Source: Armatimonadota bacterium (GTDB lineage: Bacteria; Armatimonadota; UBA5829; DTLH01). From it: DNA of 64,000 nt. Position numbers and translations under genes: made by a program. Position 1 is the first letter of the stretch. Every line of letters begins with the position of its first letter. Where the stretch lies: the NCBI GenBank assembly GCA_039679675.1, contig JBDKUN010000056.1, forward strand, positions 1 to 64,000. Reading direction: 5' to 3'. Of this stretch, positions 29,724 to 39,340 are shown piece by piece. The notes under the pieces are model-generated. The model did no database searches and was not told the origin of the DNA. It saw only the letters and a program-made list of their open reading frames with translations.

Positions 29724-29777
29724 AGCGCGCTTGCCTGTTTCCCTTCAGGTTAGTGAATTTATTACCTTACAGCCCTC

Positions 29778-30554
29778 TTATCTGCCTTTTGCATTTTTGT
29801 TCGACTTCGCCACTAACCTCTTAGCAAGCGAACTTAGTGAGTCTTTGGGGTCGTTCGCAACCTTCGTGACATAAGCTCGAAACCCATTCAGCGCATCTTC
29901 CGTGTAATACAGTATGTAAAGCGGATGGTCCTCATCACGCGGGGATAAGTGCAGCAGTTTCCAAGCAAGGTCCCGCCCCTTTTCCGATATTGCAGCTACG
30001 TGCAGCACGCCACGAGGGTGTTTTTCTACGGCATCCAATGTAAACCCGATTATTAGCTCCGAAACAGCTGCGTCGCTTTTTGTGGTTATTATGTCGTGGA
30101 GGATTTTGAAGTCGTGGTTGCGCTCATATAGCGCGTATAAGAAGTCTATACCAACATCCGAAAGGTTGAACGGCTCATCGGCATCCGTCCCTATTTTCCA
30201 CTCCCACCAGAAAGTAGCGTGGGTGATGTAATCTCTGGTTTTGGTGTAGTCGATGCCATACCAGACGCATACAGAGTAGGCCATAAAACGCTGATATGTG
30301 CCCCATTTTGTCTCATCAGCCAGCTTTCTAAGGAGGTCTGCACGCTCGCTTGCCGGAGTTTTAGTCAGTTCGTCCCGTAGTGACCTCAGATATAGCTGTT
30401 CGGGCCGAGGTTTTTCGTGTTCACCAAAGAGCATTAGCTTTTCGATGGTGCCGAAATCCTTTAAGTCGGACAAATCCGCGCTTTTTGCCGCCGCAAATGC
30501 GCTGCATGGCACGAATAACAGCAGAAACAACAACAACTTGCTCATATTCCTCAT
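29778..30554 (-). CDS. Hypothetical exported protein
   Basis: Signal peptide with AxA site; SD AGGAG; no recognised motif. Confidence 0.7.
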   Translation of the reverse strand: MRNMSKLLLFLLLFVPCSAFAAAKSADLSDLKDFGTIEKLMLFGEHEKPRPEQLYLRSLRDELTKTPASERADLLRKLADETKWGTYQRFMAYSVCVWYGIDYTKTRDYITHATFWWEWKIGTDADEPFNLSDVGIDFLYALYERNHDFKILHDIITTKSDAAVSELIIGFTLDAVEKHPRGVLHVAAISEKGRDLAWKLLHLSPRDEDHPLYILYYTEDALNGFRAYVTKVANDPKDSLSSLAKRLVAKSNKNAKGR

Positions 30555-30638
30555 CCTAGCTCCTCCGGTTGCTTTTAGAAACTACAAGCTGTTCTTTCTC
30601 TTAGGAAGCTACTTCAACATTTTGGGAATTTTATCCTT

Positions 30639-31346
30639 CTACAGCCCCCTTATCCGCCCTTTGTATTTCGCTCTAAGTGCATCGTTGTATTCATCGCTGC
30701 CGTCGAGGTTTGCACTGATAAGTACAGGCGGGGTTACGCCCATTTTTGCGATGTTCTCGGTCGCCTGTACCAGAATAGAGTTGATAATAAACGTGCAGGC
30801 CACGCTCGATGTCGCGCCGACCTTGCCTCGGACTCCTTCTATCTCCACAATCGCGTCTCCGGGTTCGCAGCAGTTGTCTACGACCACATCCGCGATCTCG
30901 AAGAGCCTTTTTCCGCTCGGATGCCTGGATGTTACGAATTTCGAGTGGGAAAGCGATGTGAGTGCAATCACCTTAGCTCCGCGCTTCTTGCTCTCAAGTG
31001 CGACCTCTATCGGGAGCGGGTTTCTTCCAGAGTTCGATATGACCACGACGACGCCGTTATCCACGTCATATTGCTTGAGCAAAAGCTCGGCATATCCCGG
31101 CAAACGCTCGATCTTACCGAATGTTTTATCGAAAATAATATCTATCGGGACCATTCCACCCGCTCTTCCATGTGCCTCAAGCGCCGTAATGAGCGAGTGC
31201 CCGCTCCCCAGAAGGTACAATATACCGTTATTTGCAATATGTTCCGCTACGATACGGGCCGCGTACTGTATTGGCTCGCTCTGGGTGGCTGCTATCTTCT
31301 GCAGGACGCCGAGCGCCTTCTCCTGGTACTCCTGATACTTGGGCAT
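30639..31346 (-). CDS. SIS-domain sugar isomerase/binding protein
   Basis: [42 protein letters not shown]. Confidence 0.9.
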   Translation of the reverse strand: MPKYQEYQEKALGVLQKIAATQSEPIQYAARIVAEHIANNGILYLLGSGHSLITALEAHGRAGGMVPIDIIFDKTFGKIERLPGYAELLLKQYDVDNGVVVVISNSGRNPLPIEVALESKKRGAKVIALTSLSHSKFVTSRHPSGKRLFEIADVVVDNCCEPGDAIVEIEGVRGKVGATSSVACTFIINSILVQATENIAKMGVTPPVLISANLDGSDEYNDALRAKYKGRIRGL

Positions 31347-31409
31347 GTGCTAAATCCTCCGCATTAAACTTTGGCCATGTTATCACCGGACGCATGCACA
31401 GTCCAGTCG

Positions 31410-31438
31410 TTGACACTGGAAATTCGCGGCCATATAAT
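31410..31438 (+). promoter_or_regulatory. Consensus sigma70 promoter
   Basis: TTGACA-N17-TATAAT. Confidence 0.85.
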
Positions 31439-31567
31439 GAAGCTAAGGCCGGGGTCAGCATTACATCCCGGCTGCGGCAAAAAGCCGCCCCAGTCCCGGG
31501 GAAACCTTTTTTATTTGTGGTTCCGGCAATATGGGGACAAGCCCGGACCAGCGGAGGTATCTCACTT

Positions 31568-32680
31568 ATGGCAAATGTTCTCCTGAAGGACTTGACCAAG
31601 ACGTTCAAAAACGTCGTCGCGGTCAATGAGATGAACCTTGAGATCAAGGACAAAGAATTTCTCGTGCTCGTCGGCCCGTCCGGCTGCGGCAAGACTACGG
31701 CGCTTCGGATGGTGGCCGGGCTCGAAGAATCGACTTCCGGTGAAATTTACATCGGTGACCGGCTGGTAAACGATGTATCACCCAAAGACAGGGACATCGC
31801 GATGGTGTTCCAGAACTACGCGCTTTATCCGCACATGACCGTTTACGATAACATGGCATTCGGGCTCAAACTCAGAAAAGTGCCCAAACCGGAGATCAAA
31901 AGGCGCGTTCAGGAGGCGGCAGACCTTCTGGGGCTTGGCGAACTGCTCGACAGGAAGCCCAAACAGCTTTCGGGAGGGCAGAGACAGCGGGTCGCGCTCG
32001 GCAGGGCCATCGTCCGCGAGCCTAAAGTCTTCCTCATGGATGAACCGCTCTCCAACCTCGATGCAAAACTGAGGGTGCAGACCCGCGCGGAGCTCATCAA
32101 GCTCCACAGGCGGCTCGGCATTACCACCATATACGTGACCCATGACCAGGTCGAGGCCATGACCATGGGCGACAGGATCGTCGTTATGAAGGACGGCATC
32201 GTACAGCAGGTCGATACGCCGCTCAACCTCTATAACAAGCCGGTGAATGTGTTTGTCGCCGGGTTCATAGGCAGCCCTGCGATGAATTTCATCGAAGCGA
32301 CTCTCGAAGAGGACGGCAGCAGCTACTGGGTAAACGCCGGGAGCTTCAAGGTCAAGTCTCCGAGAGAAAAATCCGATAGCTTGTCGAGCTACTTGGGCAA
32401 GAAGGTCATCTTCGGTGTAAGGCCTGAGGATATTTTCGATAAGAACCTGAGCCCGGTCGTGAAACCTACCAGCGAGAATACTATCGCCGCTGTAGTGGAT
32501 GTAGTGGAACCGATGGGCTCGACAGTCACGATGTATCTTACGGCGGGCGGCCATAATCTTACCGCAACGATAGACTCCGAAGCGCCTATCGCTGCATCCA
32601 AGCCTGGTGACGAGGTCTCAGTGATCCTGGAGATGAACCGCACTCACCTCTTTTCCAAGGAAACGAAAAAAGCGCTGTAG
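31568..32680 (+). CDS. Sugar ABC transporter ATPase (MalK/MsmX/UgpC family)
   Basis: ATG 31568 after [55 protein letters not shown] tail. Confidence 0.95.
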   Translation: MANVLLKDLTKTFKNVVAVNEMNLEIKDKEFLVLVGPSGCGKTTALRMVAGLEESTSGEIYIGDRLVNDVSPKDRDIAMVFQNYALYPHMTVYDNMAFGLKLRKVPKPEIKRRVQEAADLLGLGELLDRKPKQLSGGQRQRVALGRAIVREPKVFLMDEPLSNLDAKLRVQTRAELIKLHRRLGITTIYVTHDQVEAMTMGDRIVVMKDGIVQQVDTPLNLYNKPVNVFVAGFIGSPAMNFIEATLEEDGSSYWVNAGSFKVKSPREKSDSLSSYLGKKVIFGVRPEDIFDKNLSPVVKPTSENTIAAVVDVVEPMGSTVTMYLTAGGHNLTATIDSEAPIAASKPGDEVSVILEMNRTHLFSKETKKAL

Positions 32681-32770
32681 TGAACGCTAACCTTTGGTAT
32701 AGTTGACATCAAAGTTGATTATTCACATAACTTACTTATACAGAGTATTGAGTGTGAGATAACATAAATC

Positions 32771-32818
32771 TCGGACGATAACATTGCAATTGTTATCGTC
32801 CGATTTTTATGTTACGAT
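32771..32818 (+). promoter_or_regulatory. 13-bp perfect inverted-repeat operator overlapping an extended -10 promoter
   Basis: TCGGACGATAACA-N7-TGTTATCGTCCGA (32771-32803); TTGTTA-N17-TACGAT with TGn, 7 nt before ATG 32826. Confidence 0.75.
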
Positions 32819-32825
32819 AGCAGAC

Positions 32826-33809
32826 ATGAATAACCTTATAGGATCATTTACAGATTATCTGCAGGATACCCTCGGCATCAATGTCAAGCCCCAAAAGTGG
32901 GATGGATGCCGATCACTGCCGATCTTTATGCAGAGCATATATGATTGCTATACCGTCCATATCTTGAGTGAAGAATGTCTTCTGCTTGTAAGTCACACGG
33001 AAGAAAATGTCACTCCGGCCGCTATTCAAAAGCACTATGACACTGTTCGTAAAAAGTGGACAGGAGCAGTCATTATAGTCAGGCAGAGTATCCGATCCAA
33101 CGATCGACGTCGACTAATAGTCCAGTACAAGATTCCATTTGTTGTGCCGGGCAATCAACTTTATCTACCTGACATTGGTCTGGATATGCGTGAGCATTTC
33201 CGAAGGATCCGGGAAGAAGGAAAGCTGTTCAGTCCTTCCACTCAAGTATTGGTGCTCTATGTACTGCTAACGGGAAGCTATGATCCTCTTGTTTCCACTC
33301 AAGTGGTGAGTAAATTACCATACACTCCGATGACTATTAAGAGAGCATTTGATGAAATAGAGCAGGCTAATATCGGTACCACACACATGCGACGTAAGGA
33401 AAGAGAGCTTAGATTTCAAACAACCGGCCGCGAGTTGTGGGACGCCGCGCTACCGTTTTTTAGGAATCCTGTCCGAAGAAGGGTAGAAGCAATGTTTCCG
33501 CTTGGTGCAATACCAAGTCTAGAGGCTGGTCTGACAGCTTTGTCTCGCTATTCAATGCTCTCTGCTCCCATAAACCTAACCTTAGCAATCTCTTCAGAAG
33601 GCTGGCGGGCAGAGAAAGCAAATCTCTGTATTAATGACATGAATTATGATGATAACATGCACCATTTGGAGATATGGCGCTATGATCCCTCTCTACTTTC
33701 AACAGGTAATACAGTAGACCGCCTTTCATTGTTCCTGAGCCTTCGCGACAGCACTGACGAGCGAATCGAAGCTGCCCTAAACGAGATGATGGAGAGCATG
33801 CAGTGGTGA
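32826..33809 (+). CDS. Putative AbiEi-like antitoxin / wHTH regulator
   Basis: IPFVVPGNQLYLP, central HTH (YTPMTIKRAFDEI), AGLTALSRYSML, EIWRYDP, VDRLSLFLSL...DERIE; overlaps the downstream NTase gene. Confidence 0.65.
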   Translation: MNNLIGSFTDYLQDTLGINVKPQKWDGCRSLPIFMQSIYDCYTVHILSEECLLLVSHTEENVTPAAIQKHYDTVRKKWTGAVIIVRQSIRSNDRRRLIVQYKIPFVVPGNQLYLPDIGLDMREHFRRIREEGKLFSPSTQVLVLYVLLTGSYDPLVSTQVVSKLPYTPMTIKRAFDEIEQANIGTTHMRRKERELRFQTTGRELWDAALPFFRNPVRRRVEAMFPLGAIPSLEAGLTALSRYSMLSAPINLTLAISSEGWRAEKANLCINDMNYDDNMHHLEIWRYDPSLLSTGNTVDRLSLFLSLRDSTDERIEAALNEMMESMQW

Positions 33810-34561
33810 GAGGCATCGACATATTCAAGCGATACTTTGAGGTGTTCGACAGGGCCTTTGTCGTGATCGGAGGGACTGCCTCCACCCTTCTACTTGATGA
33901 AGTTGGCCTTGGATTCCGAGCCACGAAAGATGTCGACATAATCTTAATCGTAGAGGCTCTATCGCCGGAATTTGCTGAGGTATTCTGGGATTTTGTTGAG
34001 GAAGGCGGCTATGAGAACATACAACAGGCTACGGGCAAGCCGCTATTCTACCGTTTTTGGAAGCCCAAAAACAGGATGTTCCCCGAAATGGTGGAGCTCT
34101 TCTCGCGAAAACCCTCTGCAATTGGTTTGCATACAGGAAGTCATTTGACACCCATTCCTGTTGCAGAGGAAGTAGCCAGCCTTTCAGCGATCCTAATGGA
34201 TGATTCCTATTATGCCTTAGCCAGAGCTGGGGTAAGGTCTGTTAACGGACTTCCTGTTCTTGGCGCAGGATATCTGATTCCATTCAAGGCAAAAGCCTGG
34301 TTGGACCTGTCCAGGCGGCGGAAGGCAGGAGAACACATCGACGATAAGGATATTAGAAAGCACAGAAACGATGTCTTTCGCCTGTACCAGATTGTCTCTT
34401 TGGAAGATAGAATCGACCTGCCGGAGGGGATTGCCGATGATTTGAAGTCTTTCCTGGACGCAGTAGGTAGTAGTAGCTTGGATCTATCGCAACTCGATAT
34501 ACGTGGTTTTACACTGGCTGACGCCATACGCGGTCTTAGAGAAGTTTACGGACTCATATAA
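33803..34561 (+). CDS. Putative AbiEii-like nucleotidyltransferase toxin
   Basis: VIGGTA...FRATKDVD pol-beta NTase motif; C-terminal LIPFKAKAW...KHRNDV. Confidence 0.75.
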   Translation: MVRGIDIFKRYFEVFDRAFVVIGGTASTLLLDEVGLGFRATKDVDIILIVEALSPEFAEVFWDFVEEGGYENIQQATGKPLFYRFWKPKNRMFPEMVELFSRKPSAIGLHTGSHLTPIPVAEEVASLSAILMDDSYYALARAGVRSVNGLPVLGAGYLIPFKAKAWLDLSRRRKAGEHIDDKDIRKHRNDVFRLYQIVSLEDRIDLPEGIADDLKSFLDAVGSSSLDLSQLDIRGFTLADAIRGLREVYGLI

Positions 34562-34584
34562 TTCGACATATAAGCACCCAACTT

Positions 34585-34615
34585 AAAAAAGGGCGGCCGT
34601 CAGACCGCCCCTTTT
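34585..34615. terminator. Bidirectional terminator
   Basis: AAAAAAGGGCGG...CCGCCCCTTTT between convergent genes. Confidence 0.8.
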
Positions 34616-34633
34616 GCAATATATTTACTGTTT

Positions 34634-36940
34634 TTAGAACTTCTTGTCTACGCAGAGGCTAAGGAATCTCGGTGTTGTCCAACTGCTGGCCTCTTTGCTG
34701 CCATCAGGATAGACATAATATTGAGTGACCTTGCCTGTATTGAATATGTTCCAGATATTCAGGGAAACCTGATCTCCGATGTTTGAATTTTCCGGCAGTT
34801 TCCTGATTATATTCCAGGAGACTACAGCTCTGCCGCTCGCATAACCCTGATACTGGGAGGTGGAGGCCGTTACGGAATCTGCAAGGCCGCTTCCGTAGTT
34901 GAGCTGCCAGTTGTGCTCCCAGTTGTTGTGTTTGTAGGCCAATACGACGTTCAGCGTGTGGCGCTGGTCCCAATCGCAGTAGGTCCAGACCGACGGGTCT
35001 ATTGAAGAGGTCAAGCTGGAAGCGTTTGCTCTGGCACGCTGCCATGTGTAGGAGAGCCAGCCTTCCCAGTTGTCACTCATCTTCTTGGATACGTAGTATT
35101 CCACTCCGGTGCTCTTGCCGTCGCCAGAGTTTACATACATTTTGGCCATCGAAGTAGGATCATTAGGATTGATTGCCTGGCTCTGCAGGAGATTGGTGTA
35201 AGTCCTGTAGTAAGGAGTAATCCTCATGAGCATGTTCTGGTTAAGCTGCCGCTCCCAGGAGATGTCCCAGGATGTGCTTCTCTCCGGCTTGAGGTCCAGG
35301 TTGCCGAGCCTGTAATCGTTCCATCCGGAGTTGATGTAATTTCGTTCCATTACGTAGCTCGGTGGGAACTGGATAAACCTTCCCCAGCTTGTCTTGAGGA
35401 CATTTTTGCTGTCCAGTTTGTAAGTTAGGCCCAGTCTCGGACTCACCTGCGATTCATCAGTATCAGGGTTTGAGACCTTGTTGAATTTCATCCCGTCGTA
35501 GCGGAGGCCGAGCTCGGTGTGCCACTTATCACTTAATTTGGTCTGGTCCTGTATGAAGATACCGGTCTGTGTAGTCTTGACGTCCGAATTGTAATGGTAA
35601 TCGCCCCATTCAGCATGCCCCAGCATCTCGCCGAGATCAGGCATCCAGGCCATGTACCTGTTTTTACTGGAGATTACGCTCGCACCAGTCTTTAGAAGAT
35701 TACCTTCGGAAAGCTGGTTCGTATATTCCACCTGAAGCCCCCTCTGAGCCGTGCCATAGTCCAGGTAGGTCCCCATCGGGCTATCGGGCGCCAGCGCATC
35801 AAGGACCGCCCTGGTATCGTACGTATACGGCCGGACCGTAATGAATGACGATGAGCTGAAGTTTCGGCTCCAGGTGAGGCTGGTGATGCCGTAACCCTGA
35901 TGGCCGTGGTCATTTTCCGGCGTCACGGGCTGCCTCAAATAAGTGGTATCGTGTATTGTGGGAAGAGTATACTTGGCGCTGCCCTGGTTTACGAGCAGAG
36001 TCCACTTGTCTTTTCCATTTGGGTATACGAATTTTCCGATATTGTCGGAACTTTCACACCCGGAGTAAAGCATTTTTTCGAAATCCGTCCGCCAGAGATA
36101 GCTTCCGACGTAGTAGTCCAGCCCTTCAGGGCTGACTCCGCCATACTCAAAATAGCTTCCCTTGTAGTTCTGCGCGCCATTGGTCATCTCCAGCCTGCCG
36201 CCGGGCATTTCGCTTCCGGTCTTTTTGATCTCATTGAAGACGCCGGAGATGGCATTGCCGTACTCTGCGCGGTAGCCGCCCGTGTAGATCTGCATCTTGC
36301 TCATTCCGATGGTGACTGTATTGGTGCCGAATGCGTTCGTCAGCGGTTCTGTCACAGGAATTCCTTCGAGCATGTAGCCGATCTCATCGTTACGGCCGCC
36401 TCGGATGTGGGGAGAACCGCTGCCGTCGATAGTGATTCCCGGCTGAGTCCCTACAATGCCCGGAATCTGATAGAGGGTGTTAGGCTGGGTCTTGGCCATC
36501 TTCTCCTGCCTGGCCGGCACCATATAAAGAGTCGGAGCCATATCCGGCTGAAGAAGGGTCTTTTTCCCGGTAACGACTGCCTCCTTTTCATCTATCTCAA
36601 CCTTGGAAAGATTGATGTCGGCCGGACTGGTCGCATCCATCATGACCTGCACGTCCGATCTGAAGGCATCACCGTAACCTACCAGGCTGGCTTGTACTTT
36701 GTAAGTGCCTGGAGGCACATTCGTGATAACAAAATAACCTCTGGCGTCGGTTACCGTAGTCAGGTTGGTGCCTTTGACGATAATATTGACGCCGGACAGT
36801 TTGGCTCCGGTCACGGAGTCCACCACAGTGCCTGAGATAATACCGGTTGTGCTTGCGACTGCCGGCGTTATCATTAGCGTCGTTATCATCACGATAGCCA
36901 GCAGCGTGAGCAACTTAGTTCTAGTTGCTGAGAAACTCAA
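34634..36940 (-). CDS. TonB-dependent receptor (N-terminal carboxypeptidase-regulatory-like domain)
   Basis: Signal peptide, GTVVDSVTG..L.G, TDARGYF, plug IRGGRNDE, TGGYRAEYGNAISGV, LGLRYD, SPRLG, LKPERS, C-terminal Phe. Confidence 0.9.
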   Translation of the reverse strand: MSFSATRTKLLTLLAIVMITTLMITPAVASTTGIISGTVVDSVTGAKLSGVNIIVKGTNLTTVTDARGYFVITNVPPGTYKVQASLVGYGDAFRSDVQVMMDATSPADINLSKVEIDEKEAVVTGKKTLLQPDMAPTLYMVPARQEKMAKTQPNTLYQIPGIVGTQPGITIDGSGSPHIRGGRNDEIGYMLEGIPVTEPLTNAFGTNTVTIGMSKMQIYTGGYRAEYGNAISGVFNEIKKTGSEMPGGRLEMTNGAQNYKGSYFEYGGVSPEGLDYYVGSYLWRTDFEKMLYSGCESSDNIGKFVYPNGKDKWTLLVNQGSAKYTLPTIHDTTYLRQPVTPENDHGHQGYGITSLTWSRNFSSSSFITVRPYTYDTRAVLDALAPDSPMGTYLDYGTAQRGLQVEYTNQLSEGNLLKTGASVISSKNRYMAWMPDLGEMLGHAEWGDYHYNSDVKTTQTGIFIQDQTKLSDKWHTELGLRYDGMKFNKVSNPDTDESQVSPRLGLTYKLDSKNVLKTSWGRFIQFPPSYVMERNYINSGWNDYRLGNLDLKPERSTSWDISWERQLNQNMLMRITPYYRTYTNLLQSQAINPNDPTSMAKMYVNSGDGKSTGVEYYVSKKMSDNWEGWLSYTWQRARANASSLTSSIDPSVWTYCDWDQRHTLNVVLAYKHNNWEHNWQLNYGSGLADSVTASTSQYQGYASGRAVVSWNIIRKLPENSNIGDQVSLNIWNIFNTGKVTQYYVYPDGSKEASSWTTPRFLSLCVDKKF

Positions 36941-37158
36941 TCTAACGTTCCCTCCTTATGCCAGGTACACCCTCATAAGTCCATCAAGCATGCATTTCGG
37001 GGCAACAAACATGCACCAGGCATTGTTTTGTGTATGGCCTGCAGCCATACTAAAGATTCTTCAGTCAGAGATTATCGGAAAAAACAGGTAATTTCCTCAG
37101 GCCCATGATCCTCTCAACTTTGGCATAAGCTTTATGGAAGTTGAGATAGTCAGTGGTA

Positions 37159-37262
37159 GAGCTTAAGATAACGGCAAACTCGTCGAAAGGCGGGGACGCA
37201 AAGCCAATGGGGCTAAAGTCCGGGAACTGACCCGGACAACGCTTGCCAGGTTGCCAAAGCTG
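37159..37262 (+). ncRNA. c-di-GMP-I (GEMM-I) riboswitch aptamer
   Basis: GGCAAAC-TCGTC-GAAA-GGCGG-GGACGCAAAGCC...GGCTAAA...GCCAGGTTGCC; closing AGCTT/AAGCT; G20/C92-equivalent positions are the c-di-GMP type. Confidence 0.9.
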
Positions 37263-37330
37263 ATATGCGAACATCCTCCAGGCCACGCTAATGGGCTGCA
37301 GGCGGTTGAGACGAGAATGTTCGTATGCTA

Positions 37331-37357
37331 GCCAGGACAACCTGGCATATTTTTTTC
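37331..37357 (+). terminator. Riboswitch expression-platform terminator
   Basis: GCCAGG-ACAA-CCTGGC + ATATTTTTTT; 3' arm CAACCTGGC is also complementary to aptamer GCCAGGTTG. Confidence 0.8.
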
Positions 37358-37371
37358 GGAGGTGCGGTAAG

Positions 37372-37554
37372 GTGTGGGCGTTGTACAGTCCGTTGATACA
37401 TCCGGCGCAGGCGAAAACCCCAAAGGCTGCGCAGTTGGGGTCGCACGCCGGTCCATCGAATGGTAAAAGCTCTGCGGCAGCAGCTGAAGGGCCAGGGTAT
37501 TTTTTTGATCTCCCTAATCTGTTTTCCTGTCGTCTCAGCCGGACTCAGAAATGA
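37372..37554 (+). CDS. Putative 60-aa small protein directly under the riboswitch
   Basis: GGAGGT then GTG start just after the terminator; MWALYSPLIHP...RTQK. Confidence 0.5.
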   Translation: MWALYSPLIHPAQAKTPKAAQLGSHAGPSNGKSSAAAAEGPGYFFDLPNLFSCRLSRTQK

Positions 37555-37573
37555 GCCGAGCTGAGGAATCAGC

Positions 37574-37648
37574 GTCATGCTGAACGAACAATACGTCATG
37601 CTGAGCTTGACTCAGCATCCAGTAGACTCTGAATCGAGGTCAGAGGAC
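37574..37648. repeat. REP-like palindromic element (same family as 17058)
   Basis: GTCATGCTGAAC...GTCATGCTGAGCTTGACTCAGCATCCAG TAGACTCTGAATCGAGGTCAGAG. Confidence 0.7.
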
Positions 37649-37852
37649 TGTAGAGGGGGTGGTTATTCCAATTTTTATTACCTAAAGTCTTTTCTTTTGG
37701 TCGGTTTTAGCCAATCATTCCTATAAGAAAGGCTGGGAATCAGACGACCTAGGCCCGCCGCGCGGGTGGACTGGTTATGTGAGGAGATAAGAGGGCAAGG
37801 AAGGGACATTCCATGGCACCTGATAGGTCAGGCGCGGAAAGTGTGAAACACC

Positions 37853-38050
37853 ATGACGACCCTTTGCAGAAACAGAAAGGTCCGCGGCTGCCCCGCGAGT
37901 TTCTATTTGTCCTGCCCGGCCTACCTTAACAACAGAAACTGTTGGGAGGTTGAAAGTAAGCCGTGCTGTCCTGTAGGAAACCTGGTGCAGTGCAGCGGGT
38001 GTGCAATCTTCAACAAGGGGCATACTGGAAGAAGTGCCAGGATGCCTTAG
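37853..38050 (+). CDS. Small Cys-rich (8 Cys) putative metal-binding protein, CPAY...CWE...CC...CxxC pattern
   Basis: 65 aa, regular Cys spacing, co-oriented 48 bp before the GGDEF gene. Confidence 0.65.
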   Translation: MTTLCRNRKVRGCPASFYLSCPAYLNNRNCWEVESKPCCPVGNLVQCSGCAIFNKGHTGRSARMP

Positions 38051-38098
38051 TTAATGAGTTTCAGGTGCAGGCTGACAGCCTGCAGTTAATGACTGAAA

Positions 38099-39325
38099 AT
38101 GATACCTAAACCGGTAAACTATATCAAAAGTAGAGTGTCTGTCCGGGCCTTGGCGCGGATAACCGGGCTTTTCGTCCGGGCAGCAGGGTTTTGCCTGATC
38201 GCGGCGTTTGCGGTAAGCGGCTATATAGACGCTGTAGTCGCGGCGCTGTCGATTACTGCGTTCATAGCTGGGGGAATCAGGGTCAGCCTGAGGTCTCCCA
38301 GCGGTACGCGGAAAGTAGAGATAGACGCAGGAAATGCAGTTGTGCTAGGGGCCGCGCTTGCCTGCGGGCCGGTCTCCGCCGCAGGTCCTGCTGCAATGGC
38401 TGCTCTCGGCAGGATACTTCTGGATTTCAACCACCGTGACTCATTTGCCCGTTCCACTTATACCGTAGCCCGGATGCCGGTCTCGGCAGCCATTGCTTCG
38501 CTGGTTTTTGGTTGGGCCGGTGGAAACGCGGCATACACGGCAGGCGTCGAATCGCTCCCCGCCGCACTTGCCGCAGCAGCCGTATATACCGTACTGGACA
38601 GCGCCCTCGCAGGCGATATCAGGCTTGTAAAGACCCGGTGGCTTTCAGCAGGACTCGGTTATGGGCTCGGCTGCGCCGTGAGAACGATACCTCCGTTCGT
38701 CATGCTTGTAGTGATTCTCCCGGTTGCGCTGACTGTTCTCGGCCTGCTTCGAGATGCACGAAAAGTCAGTAAAGTCGAACCAGAGCCGGAGGCGGAAACC
38801 GAAGAAAGCCCTGAAGAGGTTGTAAGGACATCGTTTACCGACCCATTGACCGGACTTGCAAACCAGCGTTATCTTGAAATGTTTCTTCGACAGGAGATCA
38901 GCCGGGCGGAGCGTACAGGGCATTCGATCTCTGTTATCCTGATAGACATAGACGACTTCGAGCAGTTGAACCAGGTGGACGGCAAAGAGGCGGCTGACCG
39001 GTGTCTTGTGGCTATCGGCACAGGAGTCAAGCGGATGCTTCGGGAATATGATGTCATTGCCCGCTATAAAGACGATGAGTTCGTTGTAGTGCTTCCTGAA
39101 TGTGGTATCGAGGCGGCTCACGACGCCGCCGCAAGGCTGCACTCGGCGCTTTCCGGACAGGTGCTACCGTTTCGGGCCCGTTTCTCCGCTGGAGTTGCTA
39201 CATACCCGTCCTACGGCACATCTATCGATGATCTGCTTTCCTCAGCCCATCATGCATTGAACAGGGCTAAGTTCGCCGGGAAAAACACAATACGGAGCTG
39301 CCACGAGCTTGCCAAAGCGGGATAG
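38099..39325 (+). CDS. Membrane-anchored degenerate GGDEF protein (KDDEF; intact RxxD I-site)
   Basis: Multi-TM N-terminus; TDPLTGLAN, IDIDDF, REYD-x5-KDDEF, SAGVA, AK..GKN. Confidence 0.88.
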   Translation: MIPKPVNYIKSRVSVRALARITGLFVRAAGFCLIAAFAVSGYIDAVVAALSITAFIAGGIRVSLRSPSGTRKVEIDAGNAVVLGAALACGPVSAAGPAAMAALGRILLDFNHRDSFARSTYTVARMPVSAAIASLVFGWAGGNAAYTAGVESLPAALAAAAVYTVLDSALAGDIRLVKTRWLSAGLGYGLGCAVRTIPPFVMLVVILPVALTVLGLLRDARKVSKVEPEPEAETEESPEEVVRTSFTDPLTGLANQRYLEMFLRQEISRAERTGHSISVILIDIDDFEQLNQVDGKEAADRCLVAIGTGVKRMLREYDVIARYKDDEFVVVLPECGIEAAHDAAARLHSALSGQVLPFRARFSAGVATYPSYGTSIDDLLSSAHHALNRAKFAGKNTIRSCHELAKAG

Positions 39326-39340
39326 GTAGGCTAAAGGATT

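Noticed and set aside
30298..31335. 345-aa plus-strand ORF
   Set aside because: Antisense shadow of the SIS gene and its neighbour; Ser/Thr-rich with no motif
31232..31567. 112-aa N-terminal extension of the ABC ATPase
   Set aside because: Overlaps the divergent gene and the promoter; the SD-supported start is 31568
35900..36835. 311-aa plus-strand ORF (and similar long antisense ORFs at 10909, 25460, 27453, 31778, 45597, 52409)
   Set aside because: Mirror frames of well-supported genes, expected from codon bias
37405..37500. Possible second tandem riboswitch (AAAACCCC…GGGGTCGCACGCC)
   Set aside because: Lacks the GAAA tetraloop/receptor and GCAAA core; better explained as sORF sequence
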